NCBI RefSeq assembly: GCF_036321535.1
Contig: NC_087437.1
Location: 12,774,001-12,838,000, forward strand
From: Camelus dromedarius
Taxonomy: Eukaryota
Reading direction: 5' to 3'
Length of the DNA stretch: 64,000 bases
Made by a program: the position numbers and the translations under genes. Position 1 is the first letter of the stretch; the number at the start of each line of letters is the position of its first letter. This document shows positions 1 through 15,130 of the stretch, piece by piece. The notes under the pieces were generated by a model. It was not told where the DNA came from, did not search any database, and saw only the letters and a list, made by a program, of their open reading frames with translations.

Positions 1-948
<948 letters not shown>

Positions 949-1897
949 TCAAGTGAGAGACAAGACAGCAACAAAAAAGGAAATAGAAGTCAAGTCTGTG
1001 AAGCCAGAATGACTTCCAACAACCATATACAAATGCCCAAGATGAGAACCACATAATACTTTCCAATATTCTAAATTTTAATCATTAAGGCTGAACATTT
1101 TGTGGCACACAAAACTCTAGAACACTTGTTTTCATTTCTCTATCTCTTTGAAATCCTTGAAAATGTTTTGGAAAATCTCCTTTAATACCATTTTAGGCTT
1201 AATTAAAAACAATGTGGGTTTTATAACTCTAAAAAAGGCAAATATAAAGAACAGCATCAAAAACATAGGACTAATGCACACAGTTTGCTAATGTAAAGGC
1301 GTTCATTCCACTTTGAAACTGCAGTCTCTCTAGACCTCTAAGATGCAGACCAGCGAGCAGTCCAACAGAGGATCTCTGGTTACTGATGGTCTACATCTGA
1401 CTGTAAGGGAAGGATAACTATTAAGTGAAGGTTTCATTTCATTCTAAGAAAACAAGAGAAATGCGAGTAAAAAAATCTAAGGAGAAGGAAACCCATTTTA
1501 ACATGTAAATGACACAAGTCATAACTAAATAAATAAGAGTAACACGAATTTCATATGGTTTTCATTATATTTTTACTGTATACTGAATTAAGATTACTAA
1601 ATCTTTTACACTACTCTCTACAAAAGTGAAGATTTCTACAGTACATTATTTCACGTTACTATCCATATAGAAACTGCATTACTAACAATGTCATGATAAA
1701 CTGTTAATACAAGAATGTTTTAGAGCGAAGGGCCAGGCAAAATGCTAGAGGTACTACAAACATCCTGTGATTTCCATAAAAAAACCTGTGAGGCCACTAT
1801 TACTGTCATTTTACAGAAGGCAAATGGAAACTCAGACTGACGAGACCAGACGGTGACAGACAGAGACGACACGGCCGGACCGCAAGCCCAGTCCCTA

Positions 1898-2065
<168 letters not shown>

Positions 2066-3821
2066 TTAAAACAACAACAAAAGCTCTGATTCATTATCAA
2101 AATCAAAACTTTGAAGAATTCCTATTACCTTTGTGCTAAACAATAGTACTTCTTAACTTCATATTCTTAAATAGTAACTAAAGAGCCTAGCATACACGAG
2201 GTACTGCGCTAGACTCTGGGGTGGAAATGATTACACAGTGGTACAGCCTTCAAGGAGTTTACAGTCCTGAGAGAGAAGGAAAGAACACAAGTAACTTAAA
2301 TACACGGCAGGAAGAGACCCAAACCATACAGCAGGTGAGAATCAGTGTCACGGGCGCGGGGCTGGGGGGGTGTTGGATTTGAGCTGGACCTCGAAGGGAG
2401 GCGGGATCTGGACAGGCAGAGGGTCTCCAGGAACTAATCTGCTGTGAGCATCAGTATCACTCTAGTAAGTGGTATAATTAGCTCACTGTATTTAAAAGGC
2501 TAACAACTTTAACAAACCACTCAATAAAGATTTTAAAGCTTCGCTGAACTCAATTTTACTTAAAATACTATTTTTCCTTCTAATGATCATTTTGATTGAA
2601 ATTTTATTCTCCTGAACTAAAGGTGCTTGCTAAGTTGGAAGCTGTTTTTTGAAATGTGTTTGCAACATTCTTTTAACAAGTTACTCCAATTATAGAATTA
2701 TCAGCTGAAGAACATTAAAGTTTTGCATATTGTGTTGAGAAGGATTTGGGGCTGGTATGCAGGAAAAGTGCCCGGCTAAGCAGAGGTGTCGGCCACGAGC
2801 TTGGTCAGGAAGGAAACTGTTTCATGAGAGAACTGGCTCTGCAATGACAAGGTGGTCTTACATTAAGCAGATGCTCTTGCCTGAGCTGAGTTAAATGAAT
2901 TTGTAATTTAAGTAATGTAGCTACTGGAAAAAGTTGTACATTCACATGAAGAAGTAACAGCAGACTTAGAGCATCCTATGCCTCCATCTCCTGTACACCA
3001 CCTGTGCCAAGGTGAAAGGTCAGCTAATAGTGTTCATCCTCCCAGCCCTCTACAGAGAACAGCTTACAGAGACAAGCAAATGAAACTCTAAATAAATCAA
3101 CATCTTTGCTGGCCTGTGCCCTTTCACGCTGCATTGTCAGTCCACACCCAACTGCCCAGCGTTTATGAAGAGGAATTTAATTACATATATTTTTTGTCTT
3201 CAAATTTTTGCAAAGTGCCTGTGAAAATGTATGCTGAGCGATGAAGTAACTTGCAATGATTTCAGATAATAACTGGATATTGGATTCTGTTTATCTTAGA
3301 TTCTGTATATCACAGGACTGATTCCTGGTTAAGACAGAACTGAGTCCCTGAGCCCCCAAAATTGGATATTTCAAAAATGATCTCTTCTTGCCTGGTGATA
3401 CAACCAAACTTTAGAAGCATTGCCAGTTAAGAATATCTGGTAAGAGACCTGTAAATTAATGGATGGAAAAAGGTAATAGAAAAGATCCAATTTCCTTAGT
3501 TTAAAATTTAGATGAGGGTAAGTTAGGTTGGTGGGGGACACATCTAATTAAAACAAATTTTGTCCTTAGAAAGAAAATACAGTGGAATTCCATGATGCTA
3601 CATTTTCACCTTCTGTATCTCCATCCTTCCACATTTCCATCTGATGACTTTAGGGACAGTATTGTATTTACTATCACAATGATCAGTATTACCATTTTAG
3701 CATTATATTATGCGCTGTCAGTATTGCTATCAAAGTTATCAAAAAGTTAAAATTTATGTATTAAGGGAAGAGAAATATAAGATTTACAGCACTAAACTGC
3801 TAGGACTACATTCAATTTATA

Positions 3822-4047
3822 TTTAAGAGTCAACAAACATTTCCTATAAAAAGCCACAGAGTAAATATTTAGACTTTGCAGGCCTCATGGTCTCTGTCTC
3901 CAGTGATCAAGTCTGCCATTATAATGTGAAAACAGGAACAGACTGTAAGTTAATGAAGCAGCATGGATGTGTTTCAGTAAAACTTTATTTACAAAAATAG
4001 GATGTGGGCTGGACTCAGCCTGTCAGCCATAGCTTGCTAACCCCTGT
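3822..4047 (+). mobile_element. MER58A-like hAT-Charlie MITE
   Basis: 'gtcaacaaacatttcctataaaaagcca...gtaaatattttagactttgcaggcc...aaactttatttacaaaaatagg...gctaacccctg'. Confidence 0.8.
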
Positions 4048-4166
4048 CCTGGAGGAATACATTTCTAATAATTAAAATGAAGATTAAAAAGTTGATTTAA
4101 TAAAGATTCTCTCCTAACCATTCCAATAAGAGATTATTCTGACTTCACTGTCCAGGGGACACTCAC

Positions 4167-4389
4167 CTTGGGAATCGGTTGCTGAGCTGACACACGTCAC
4201 AGAAATGATCTTCTACTCTGTTCGCACCCCACTTCCGCTCATCATCATTGGGGAACAGTGATTCACCTCTGGACTTAGTCTGGCCACCACATTTACTGCA
4301 CACAATGTCATTCACCCAGTGAAAAAATTCTTCCTTAAACCAGTGTAAAAGCTCCAGCAAAAGAAAATCCTCATCATTTATGTTGGTAC
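4167..4389 (-). CDS. NGLY1: NGLY1 coding exon 5 (Zn-binding CxxC motifs)
   Basis: [35 protein letters not shown]...[16 protein letters not shown](R); motifs CSKC and CDVC; donor AG|gtgagt; 223 nt. Confidence 0.97.
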
Positions 4390-4719
4390 CTGAGATGTTA
4401 AGACAGAACCAAGTTAAGATCTAAAGCTGAAAAAACGAAAAACATCATACATACTTTCTTCTCAAATATGAAGCTGAAATACATGAATACAAACGATGAC
4501 CTAAAGGGTCTTTAGAGATAAGATGCAGACAGAATTGCCAGGTGCCGCGAAGCAGGCTGAAGTGCAGGGACACAATCCACGGCACAGTCAGCGCAGTCGG
4601 GCTTGATCACCGCATCCTCCACCTGACACCACTCGCTCACAAGCGAGCCGGACACCAGCGCCTCTCAGGGAACTACCATCAGCTGGGAACTGATCCACAA
4701 GCACGCGGGAGGTAACAAA

Positions 4720-6550
4720 ATAAGTCTGATTTTGAAAAACATTTTTAAACGACTATATTAAATTTGTTATTAGATATATACATAAGTAAATATGAAGCCA
4801 CAAAATTACAGGCAGAAATCACAGAATTCTGGACACTTTAGAAATCATCCTATTAGCTTTTTTTTAATTAGTGGTTCAACTGTACAATATAATTCATCTA
4901 TGAATACTCACCACAAAACACATAAAAGCACAACCATGTGTACACTATATGTAACAACCCTAGCAAGTAAGCATGACATATAATATTATATCCAGTTTAT
5001 CAAATAAAAAATTTCTCTCTGCCGTATGCTAGACCATGGTATCTCTGGGAAGAAAGAAAGGAGAGGGGAATCTGGGAGGCATATAGAGGGGGCTCTCATT
5101 CCTATCTTTAATATCTTATTATTAATAAGTAATAAAACACATATATGAAGGAAATATATGGCATAATGTTACAATCTAATAAAGTCTGATGCTGGTCACA
5201 GGTGTTTGATATACTCTATTTTTATATTTATGTTTGAAATATTTCAAAATAAAAAACTACAGTGAATATTAAAAAGCCAAAAGTATATTATGTTCCTGAA
5301 TGGGAACTACTGAATATTCTCAAGTTGTTAACTCTCCATAAATTTACTTGTACTTTAATGCAATCTCAATTTAATAAATATTAATAAATAATAAATGAAA
5401 TGAATTAAATAATAAAAAATAATTTTTCATAAAATTTGACAAGCTAACTGAAAAATTCATGTGAAAGAGAAAATGCACAAAATAGTCAACACAACTTCGA
5501 ATAAGAATGAGATAAATTTGTTCACTACACATCAAAATATATTACAAAGTTCCAATAATTGAAATATTGTGACATTGGTAAAGAATAGATAAATAGATCA
5601 ATGAAACAAAGAGTCTTGAAAGACAGATTTCTAAAAGATACACAGTATTTAATAAAGTTAGCCTTTCAAAGTAGTTCAATAAATGGAACTGGGACAAGCA
5701 GCTATCCAAATATCAGATCTCTACTCCATTCATTCTAATACATATGTGTGTGTGTATATATATACACACATATACATACACACAAATATATAAATACTAT
5801 ATACAGAGAGAGACTATTATAAAAGTAATAGTAGAAATTTATGTTTATGACTTTGGGATAGAAAATGAAACACAATTATAAAATCAATAATGGGAAAAAA
5901 CTCATTTTCTTACATTAAAACTTATAACTTTTGTATTTCAAAAGATACACTAAATGAAATTAAACAAAGAACACTAGGAGAAAAAATATATAATGTGTCT
6001 AATAAAGAAAAGTATCCAGAATATATAAAGAACTTCTATAGATCAGTAAGAATGTTAACAAAGCCATTAGAAAAATTAATTTAAGTACAAAAAAGTTCAA
6101 TAATTTCTTTAAGTGGAAGCAAATACTCTCAGACACTTCTGGTACACACTGGAAGGTTGTCTGTTCGGCAGGGATCCACTGCAGTATAAAAGTACCACAC
6201 AGCCTTGACACTTTTGTATCTGTCCCAGGGAAACAACTGTTCATGTACGCAGGCAAGCTTTACAAGAATCTTCACCGCAGCAGCTTTCAGAAGAGAGAAG
6301 AGTCGTAAACAACCTGGACGTCCGTCAGTGGAGATCTGCATAAACAGCGAATGCACACCGTACAGCACAGGGACAGGGGATGACTTCCAAGACACAATCA
6401 GTGAAAAGCACCAAGGAGCTGAATATACAGGAGATGATAAATTCTCTGTAAACCCATGCAACTTATTTATTTTTATAGATAACTATTTATGGGTGTAAAT
6501 ACAGAGGAAAAGATATGAAAAGGAACACATCATGTGATAACAGCTGTCAC
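4720..6550 (+). mobile_element. Decayed L1 fragments (ORF2/3' region) with a TA/CA-rich microsatellite at about 5739-5810
   Basis: A-rich L1-like phrases ('aattcatgtgaaa', 'atagatcaatgaaac', 'ttcaataaatgg...gggacaa'). Confidence 0.65.
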
Positions 6551-6816
6551 TAAGCAAGAGGGGGAGCAGAACTGATTGGCAGGAAGAGTTTCGCTTCCCT
6601 GCATAACAAGAAACTTACCAACAAAGAGATATTCATAAATGTTAGACTGAAAATGAACTTTTAGAAATACAGCACTACCGCCTTCTCCACTCAGTCCCTA
6701 CAGCAGAGTGATCTTAAAAACGCAAGGTGGTTATGTCATTTGAAACCCTCCAGTGGGTTTCTGTCTCACTCAGAATACAACCCAAAGTCTCTCCTCTTGT
6801 TCTCTCAGCTGGCCCC

Positions 6817-7338
6817 TGGGGTAGGCTGAAAAATGGCCCCCCGAAAGATATCCACATTCCAACCCTTATAGTCTCTGAATGTACCACCTACGGCAAAAAC
6901 AAAACAAAACAAAAAGTCTTTGCAGATCCAAGGAAGTTAAGGATTCTGAGATGGGTTTGAGACGGGAGGGATTATCTGGGATTACTTGGGCGGGCCCTAA
7001 ATGCAGTCACATGTATCCTTTGAGGAGGGAAGCAGTGGGAGATCTCAAACAGAGGTAGATGACAAGGTGGAGGAGGAGACTTGAAGATGCTGGTCTTGAA
7101 GAGTGCAGAGAGCAGCAACCTGCTAAAGACTGCAGGTGGCCACCAGAAGCTGGCAGGGCCAAGGAAAAAGTTCTCCCTCAGGGCCTCCAGGGAGCGTGTC
7201 CTGCCGACACCTTGATTTTGGCCCAGTGATACCGACTATGGACTTCTGGCTTCCAGAACCATGAGAGAATAAATTTCTGTTGTTCTAAGGAACCAAGTTT
7301 GTGATAATTTGTTACAGCAGCCAAAGGAAACTAATACA
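6817..7338 (+). mobile_element. MLT1D-like MaLR solo LTR
   Basis: TG...CA; starts 'tggggtaggctgaaaaatggcccccc', has 'agaataaatttctgttgt', ends 'ttgttacagcagccaaaggaaactaataca'. Confidence 0.85.
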
Positions 7339-8719
7339 TCCCTTTTGCCCCTCTGACCTCTTTTTGTCGTGTTCCTTCCGCCACAGCCTTAACGCCCTCC
7401 TTGCCATCTTTAAACATGGCCAGCTCACTCCCACTCAGGGAGCCTTTGCAGTTGCCAGTGCCTCCACCAGAAGGAAATCACTGCTCTCAAGAGAAGCCTT
7501 TCCTGACAAGCCTCAGCAAACTGCACCCTTCCTAATCGCTCTCTGTTCTGTTGCCAACTTGTCGTCCCAGCCTTCTCACTACCTGCCATATGTGAGTAGC
7601 TCTTTTTGCCTGTCCCATCTGCAAGGACTTTGTTTTGTTTGCTGCTGAATCTCCAAGAACTGGAGTTGTGCTTGATACACAGCAGATGCTCAGTAAATAC
7701 GAGAATGAAGGATAGAAGAACTGAACAAACAACCTCATACTATTAGTCAGACTCACTGCTGTTCACCAAGTAGTCATAATCAAGATGGGAAAGGAGGGGA
7801 AGGGAGACAGCACACTTTGGCTTCCATGCACTTGTACCCCGGGGATACGGCAGCCACTGCCCAGCTGAAGGAGGCCTGTCACGCAGAGAGGGAGGCCCAC
7901 CCGACGGTCAGTGTACCTGGGCTACACAAGGTGCTTAATTACGGCTCAGAGAAATTACAGTGGGGTCCTGGCTGTACAGGATAAGAGCTCAGAAAGCTTA
8001 GAGATATGGGGGTGAAAGGAAAATCTGACTTAGATGCTAAATTCTGTGAAGATAATATTTAAAGCGTGTAGAGCATATTTGTAAATTATCATCAAGACTT
8101 CAAATTAATAAATTTAGCATCTTCAAAAATAACATACAAATATAAATAGATTTCTGGTAACTTTTCAATGACAAAAATAAAATTAAGAAGTTTAAGCCTT
8201 AGTTCATCCTATGAAAACCACAGACATTGGCACAAATAGAGGGAGTAAGAAGAAAACCGGTAAAAACATCAGAAGAGGGAGGCCCATCCTTAGACACATC
8301 TTTAAGACTCAATATTCTGCCTCCCAGGTCTCCATAAAAATCTAGTAAGCCAAAATGTATTTTGTTATCATTTTTCCAAAATGACAGGGTTCTTTCTCTT
8401 CCAAAAGGATGTTTCATCTGTGTTTGGAACAATTAAACACGACAAACCTTCAGTCTTCCAGGCCAGAACCATCAAATCATGCTTCTCTGAGCCTGAACTA
8501 CTTCTGGAGGTGCCGCCAGGGGGCAGGGCTCTATGGTCCCCATTTCTGCTTCAAATCAGAATACTTTTCCTCACTCAGAAACCCAGAAAAAAAAATTTTG
8601 TCTGGGGAGGAAAAAGGATGCCACTGCATGAAGAAAGAAACCCACCAGCCTGGACAGAAGAGGCCCTGTCATCATCATCATCTCAGTGCCTGAGAATCAC
8701 TGGGGCAGAGACAGCTTGT

Positions 8720-9181
8720 TGCCACACAGTATCTGCTTGTCACTTCTTTATTTAACAGAATTCCAATTTATTTGGGATGGCAGTGTGCCAGCTACAAGAC
8801 TACAGGTTCCAGCCTCCCTTGCAGCTAAGTGTGGCCCAAGAACTAGGCTTCATGTGAGATGGCAAAGCAGGCTGATTCAGGGGAACAGGCTCATCTTAGA
8901 GGTGAACTTTTTTGTTTTCTCCCTTTCTTCTTTCTGATGCTTGGTCTGCAGATGTAATAGCTGGAGCTCTAGCAGCCATCCTGGACTGTGAGGTTACCCA
9001 GAGGATGGACCATGTATGCTAGAGTCAAAAGACACAAACCTAGGCCTCTGATAATGTCTTAGAGCTTACCACTAGCACCAGACTGCCTACCTCAATAATT
9101 TCTTACATGAGAAAATAAATTCTAACCCATTGGGGTCAAGTCATTATTACTCACAGCCCAACGTAACTCTTAACTGATACA
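8720..9181 (+). mobile_element. MLT1J/K-like MaLR LTR
   Basis: 'ccagcctcccttgcagctaag', 'gctggagctctagcagccatcctggac', ends 'ctcttaactgataca'. Confidence 0.7.
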
Positions 9182-9275
9182 CTCAATATGCCTACCACAC
9201 CGCTTATTTCACCACAGGGTTAAATTTCCTTCACTTACTCCTCTTACTCTTTCAGCATCTTACTGTTTTCAACAA

Positions 9276-9462
9276 CAGCACCATCCAATAGGACTTCCAG
9301 TAATAATGGAAGTAACTCACATCTGCACCATCCACTAGGGTTGCCAATAATCACTTGTGGTTACTGAGTTCTTGAAAGGTACTGAATGCAACTGAAAAAC
9401 TCAATTTTTAGTGTTATTTAATTTAAATTATTTCAAATGTAAATATCCACATGTGGCTAGTG
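9276..9462 (+). mobile_element. MER3-like hAT-Charlie element
   Basis: 'cagcaccatccaataggacttcc...cacttgtggttactgag...cacatgtggctagtg'. Confidence 0.75.
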
Positions 9463-10623
9463 CGATCTTGCTTTCTAGAACCTCTACAATACTTCCCCTC
9501 CCCCCCTCGTCTTTTCGATCTTGGCACTCTCACTTCCTTGCATGGCTTTACCTATCACCCTAAAGTATATTTCAAGGCCTGACCTCTTGTGAAGCTCCAG
9601 GCCCCCATGTTCACTTTGGAGTCCAAACGATGTCCAGCAGGTGTCTTAATGCAGACACTTCATTTCCCCTCAATGCCTGTTCCTATTGACTCCTCTCATC
9701 TGCTCGTTGCCTAAATTTAAAACTAGGCAGTATTCTTTGACATATTCCTTATACGTACTTAACCCCATGTCCTATCAACTGTATAACCATCATCTGCAAA
9801 TTCCATATACTCTGTCACCCCAACTCTCACATCCATCTCCTCCCTTGTAGTCACAATACCTGGTTCACCTTATCTTTCTTATGTAAATTCTATTACTATT
9901 GTGTTTGAACTCTTCTCTCCCTGTACTCTCTTGATTCTGTTCATCTCACAAGTTATTGCTCTGCATTAATCTTCCTTGAGCGCACCTCTGATATCACGCA
10001 CTTGCCAAAAGCTTCAATGGTTAACCCTGCTGAATTAAGTAATCAAGAACATTTGTCCTAGTAAATGAGCAGATTATATAACATTTCTGCTCTATAGTCA
10101 ATCCCACTAACACGATAACATCAGCCTTATGACCAAGATATGTTCATCCTTCAGATTTCTTGGTTCTTATTTTCTACTTCAAAATCTCATCACAAGTATC
10201 CTTTGTTTCATTTTACCTCTAATTCTTTTTTAAAATATTGAAAATATAAAAAGAAATTCAGTATGCATTGCTCTGCCTGAAATTCAATGTCAACCAAAAT
10301 ACTGTCTCAGCCTACCTGATCCCTCGCTCCCTACCCCACACGCAGCCGGTTTGTATTACTCACTGTTACCCATAAAAGGCCTGCACTTTTCTAACTCCAT
10401 GTACACTGTCCACCACATCTGGAAGAAAATCCCTGATCCCTGACTTAACATGTCCTTTAGCGTCCCAGGTTATAAATTCAACTTATCCTTCATGAACTTT
10501 AAAAAAAAGCCCAATCTTTCACTAATTTTCATAACACCATACAAACAACCTGATGTGTTCCTTCTCCCCTGCTTACAGTGAAACTCCATTATACTGCTCT
10601 TATTTTTGATGTGAAAGGATGTA

Positions 10624-10800
10624 CAGTTGACCCTTGAACAGCTCAAGGGCTAGGGGTGCTGATCCCCCGTACAGTGGAAAATCCGTGTATAACTTTACAG
10701 TTGGCCCTCTATGGTTCCACATTAGTGGATTCAACCAACCTTGGACCACATAGCACTATAGTATGTATTTAGTGACAACATCCACATACAAGCAGACCTG
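10624..10800. mobile_element. Tigger2a-like TcMar MITE (partial)
   Basis: TA followed by terminal repeat CAGTTGACCCTTGAACA; body shared with copies at 35015, 42410 and 46776. Confidence 0.75.
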
Positions 10801-12330
10801 AAGAACACCAGAATTCAAAGCCCCTGACACAGCAAACATTAACACAGTTTAATTAATTGTGTCCAATTCCTAGTTAAACGGACATTTAAACCTTACATAA
10901 AAGGCCTGTTCATCTCAGTTCCTATTACCCAATACATCATATCCAACTTGTAACAAAAAATTACAAGGCATGCTAAAAGGCAGGAAAAAACTTGAAGGCA
11001 AGAAAAAAGTTTGAAGAGATACAGCAAGCATCAGAACCACTCATATATGGCACAAATTTTGGAATTAGGGAATTTAAAATAACTATGATTAATATGTTAG
11101 GGGCTATAATGAGAAAGGCAGACAACGTATAAGAATAGACAGGAAATATAAGCAGAGGGATGGAAACTCTAAAAAATATCTAAAGGGAACATTATAAATC
11201 AAAAACCCTGCGACAGAAATGAAGAGCGCCTCTCATGGGCTCCTCAGTAGACCAGACACACAGTCAGTGAGCATGAAGACAGGTCAACAGAAACTTCCCA
11301 AACTGAAAATCAAAGAGAAAACAAACACCTAGAGCATTCAAACGACCATGGGAGAACTTAAAAAATGGACCAAAACATCTAAGAACTGTGGGAAACTGAG
11401 GCAGAGATAAACACAGGATACCCCTGTTTTAGAATACCAGAAGGAAAAGAAAGAGAAAACGGAGGAGGAAAAACATCTGAAGTAATAATAACAGAGAATT
11501 TTCCAATATTAATGAGACACAAACCACAGACCTGGGACGCTCAGAAAACATCAACCTGGATAACTATGGAAAAGCTACACCAGGCACATCATATCCTGCA
11601 GAAAACGAAACACAAAGGGAAAATCCTGAAGGAAGCTGGGCATGGGGGGCAGAGGTGGGGGAAGCCTAAAGAAGAACAAAGACAGAGATTCAGTGGACTT
11701 CCCGTCATAAACAATGTAGGCAACAGAGTGAAGTCAAATATTCAAAGTGTCACTGAAAGGAAAGACCCACCAACCCAGAATTCTTCATCCCAGGGATATT
11801 ATCCTCCAACAGCGAAGGAGAAGAAAACACTTTCTCAGAAAAAGATAAACAGAGGAACTTCACCTCTAGTAGTCCTGCCCTGAAAGAAACAGTAAAAGAA
11901 GTTCTTTAGGAAGAAGAAAACCCATGAACTTGGACCTGCAGACAGGAAGAGCATCAGAGAAGAAACGAATAAGACCTGTTATTTTTGTTATTCTTACTTA
12001 GTCTTAAAGTAATGACTTAAACAGTAACAGCAGCAGCGCCCTGGGTGACCCCAGCACGTGGGTAAGTGAAACGAATGAGGGATGGAGGGAAGTGGGACAG
12101 TTCTGTTACAAGGTATCTACTCTACACGTGGAGCAGGATAATGTTTTTGAAGGTGAACACAGATTAGTTTAAAATGTGTACTGCAAACTACGGCAACTAT
12201 AAAAAAAAAAATACAGAACCCCCTAGAAAATACTGTATTAAGAAATGACTTAATGGATAAAAACCAATGATATAAAAACTCAAAGTAGAAATGCTGAAGT
12301 TGGAAAAACTGAACAACTAAAAGCCCAAGC
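10800..12330 (+). mobile_element. Old L1 5'/ORF1-region fragment
   Basis: Degenerate ORF1-like segments ('ccagaaggaaaagaaagaga', 'gaattttccaa', 'aaaatcctgaaggaagc'); no intact ORF. Confidence 0.7.
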
Positions 12331-12928
12331 CCACTAATGATGACAGTAATTATTGGCTGATGAATGTGGCAGGCATTGCTCTGAGCCACTTACATGGACT
12401 ATTTCATTTATTTCTTAAAATTATCACTCCTATTTTCAAATAAAGAAACTGAGGCATAGAGATTAAATGACTTGCTCAGTGACGCACAACGAGTGGCAGA
12501 GCTGAATTTACACCCAGGCAGCCGGCTTCAATGTCCACACTCTTAATCAGTCTCTGTCCACAGTTCATGGTCTAATCATATGAATTAATTTTGGATATGG
12601 CTTTTCTCAGATTCACATTAAAATTCACTAACAATGTCATCCTATATTCCACAGACTAAAGTTCTACTGTTATCTATTAAAAAAAAATCACACGCCAATG
12701 ATCAAGCTGCAAATACATATTAGAGTGGAAAAAAAGAAAAAAATTTAACAGATGTGTGCGTGAGGTGTATGCAATAAAAAATTACACTACTGTTGTACTT
12801 CTTAAAAATCCAAATAGAACTAGGCAAATATTTACATATTTGTAATTGCGATACAGTGAAAGGCACCATCTCAGGGTTTACTTAGCAATGATGTTATTGA
12901 GCAATGAATGGTTACGTAAAGCCACTAC

Positions 12929-13094
12929 CTTGATCCAATTTTCTAGCTCTAGATAACTTTTCTTGTGATCTCCTTTTTAGTTCTTGGACTGGAATACAAG
13001 CCAGTGCTTTCTCCTGGAGAGCAGGGTTCTCATAGACCAGTACATGCTGAATGTTGGACCGAAGAACTTTTAGAATGACTGAATCACCAGTAAC
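12929..13094 (-). CDS. NGLY1: NGLY1 coding exon 4
   Basis: [55 protein letters not shown](G); ttag|GTT and AAG|gtagtg; 166 nt. Confidence 0.96.
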
Positions 13095-13339
13095 CTAACA
13101 GAAAGAAAATAGTGAAATTAGCTTTATTGCATATGCTATAAAAATAACACAGTGAAAAAACACTGGTTCTATGATTTCATAGATAAAGAAGAATGTATGG
13201 ATTCACTGAAATATAATAATTATACTCAAAACCTTTGCAAAATTATTATTAGCAGACAGCCATATATATGTCACAGTCTAAAATATATCTATGTTTTCAT
13301 CTGAATATATTATGTTATTGAGGATATATTTAAACAGGG

Positions 13340-15130
13340 ACATACTGAATTCTTGACCACAAGCCTGGATCAAAATAGCACTCTGAACAATGCATCTGGC
13401 AGCCCTTTCCCCTTCAAGTCCCTGTAAATAACACTTTTTAAAAAACTTTATACAGCATTAGCTACGGAGGACTACTCTTAGGGCATCAGGAATTTTGAGA
13501 AATTCCCAAAAGAGGAAAGGCAGATAAAAATGGTCTAAAGGAAGAAACCATGCCAATATGCTCTCTGAAGAGAGAAGGTATAAAAACTAAAAAAAAATTC
13601 TCAAAATAATCCCAAGGAGAGAGGAGCCGCAGGATCCACCGAGCAGGAAGGGGCTTTGCAGTAAGCATTGAGACGACTGCTGGGCTCTGCACGGGGAACA
13701 GCCGGACATTCTGGTCCCCACCCTCCATCACTCCTTGTCAACAAAAAAGTGTGTCTCTGAGCAGTGAGGGAGGATGCTTAGATTCTCAAAAGGAAAGAGG
13801 AGTGTCCCAGCGGAGAACAGGTGCTGCGTGGCACAGCCCGCCTTGCGCCAAGTCCTGCCCTCGCAGTTGCTAGAACCAGATGCACTATTCACAGACGGGC
13901 GAGCAGGAACTCGCAAATTCCTGAGTCTGCAACAACCCATGTTGTTGAGAAGATGCACTGAAATCAACAGCAGAAGAACAAACCCTGTAGCAATGGCAGC
14001 AAGTACAGAAGAAGACTGAAAAAAGGCTATCTTTAGAAATTCAAGAGTATACTGTATTCAGAGAAAGAAAACTACGGGTCTTGGAAATAAAAAATTTAAA
14101 CGCTGAAATAAAGAAGAAAGCACAGATGGTCTCAAAGAGCAGAACAAACAAAGCTAAGTGATCAATCAATTAGAAGACTGAGCCAAGACATTTTCTGAGA
14201 CTGCAGTGCAAAAGAACAAATAGCCACTGAACATAAACCCATAACTGCCCAAGTCCAGCTAACAGGAAGTCTAGAAAGTAGAAAAAAAAAAATGGAAGGG
14301 AAAAACTTCCCACATAATGGAAAATTTCTGAGAGTTGTAGAAAGAGGCAGTATGAATGGAGAAAAAACAAATCCCCAAAACTAAACTAGGTATATAATAG
14401 TGACATTTCACAACAGAAAGGATAAAAACAAAATCCTAAAAGCTTTCAATGGTATCAGACATCTCATGGGAAACAACGAAGCAAAATCTCTGAAATACTG
14501 AGGGAAAATGAGAACGTATGATTCATACCCAGGCAAAGTAATTACGAAGAATGGTAATATAAACACATTTTCTCATATGTAACAGTGCAGAAAATATACG
14601 ACTCCCAAATCCTATCTAAATAAATTATTAGAGAAGTTTCTGTCCCCACAAAATATAATATAGCCAATATAAATACATAGGACATCAAGGAGTAGATGCC
14701 AGGAAAAAAGAAGCAGGGGTGAGTTAAGTAAAAACTAAACAAATTAGTAAAACTTAAATTCTGATTTTTATAAATAAACAATAATAATTGAAAAGCAAAA
14801 TCACCTAAGAAAGGTGGCAGGGAAGGGAGTAGAAGGGTAAACCCATTCTGAGGTTCCTGTCTTCTTGTAAGATGTTGGTAGAAAAATATAGAGTTAATAT
14901 TTGCATTAAGAATTTAAAGCCAATAATTAGAAGACTAAAAAGAGGATACTTAACTTCCTAACCTTTAGAGGGAAAACAGTGGAAGAAAACTTGATCAATC
15001 TAAACAAAACAAAAATAGAAAAAGAAAAAGAAAACAAAGGACACAGAAAATAAAATAGAATGTCAGAAATAAGTTCAAACATGTTAGTAACTACAGTAAG
15101 CAGGAATGGATTAAAAATAAAAACCATTAC
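13340..15130 (+). mobile_element. Highly decayed L1/HAL1-like ORF1 region
   Basis: A-rich; motifs 'aaaatcctaaaagctttc', 'atcagacatctca', 'tactgagggaaaatga'. Confidence 0.5.
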
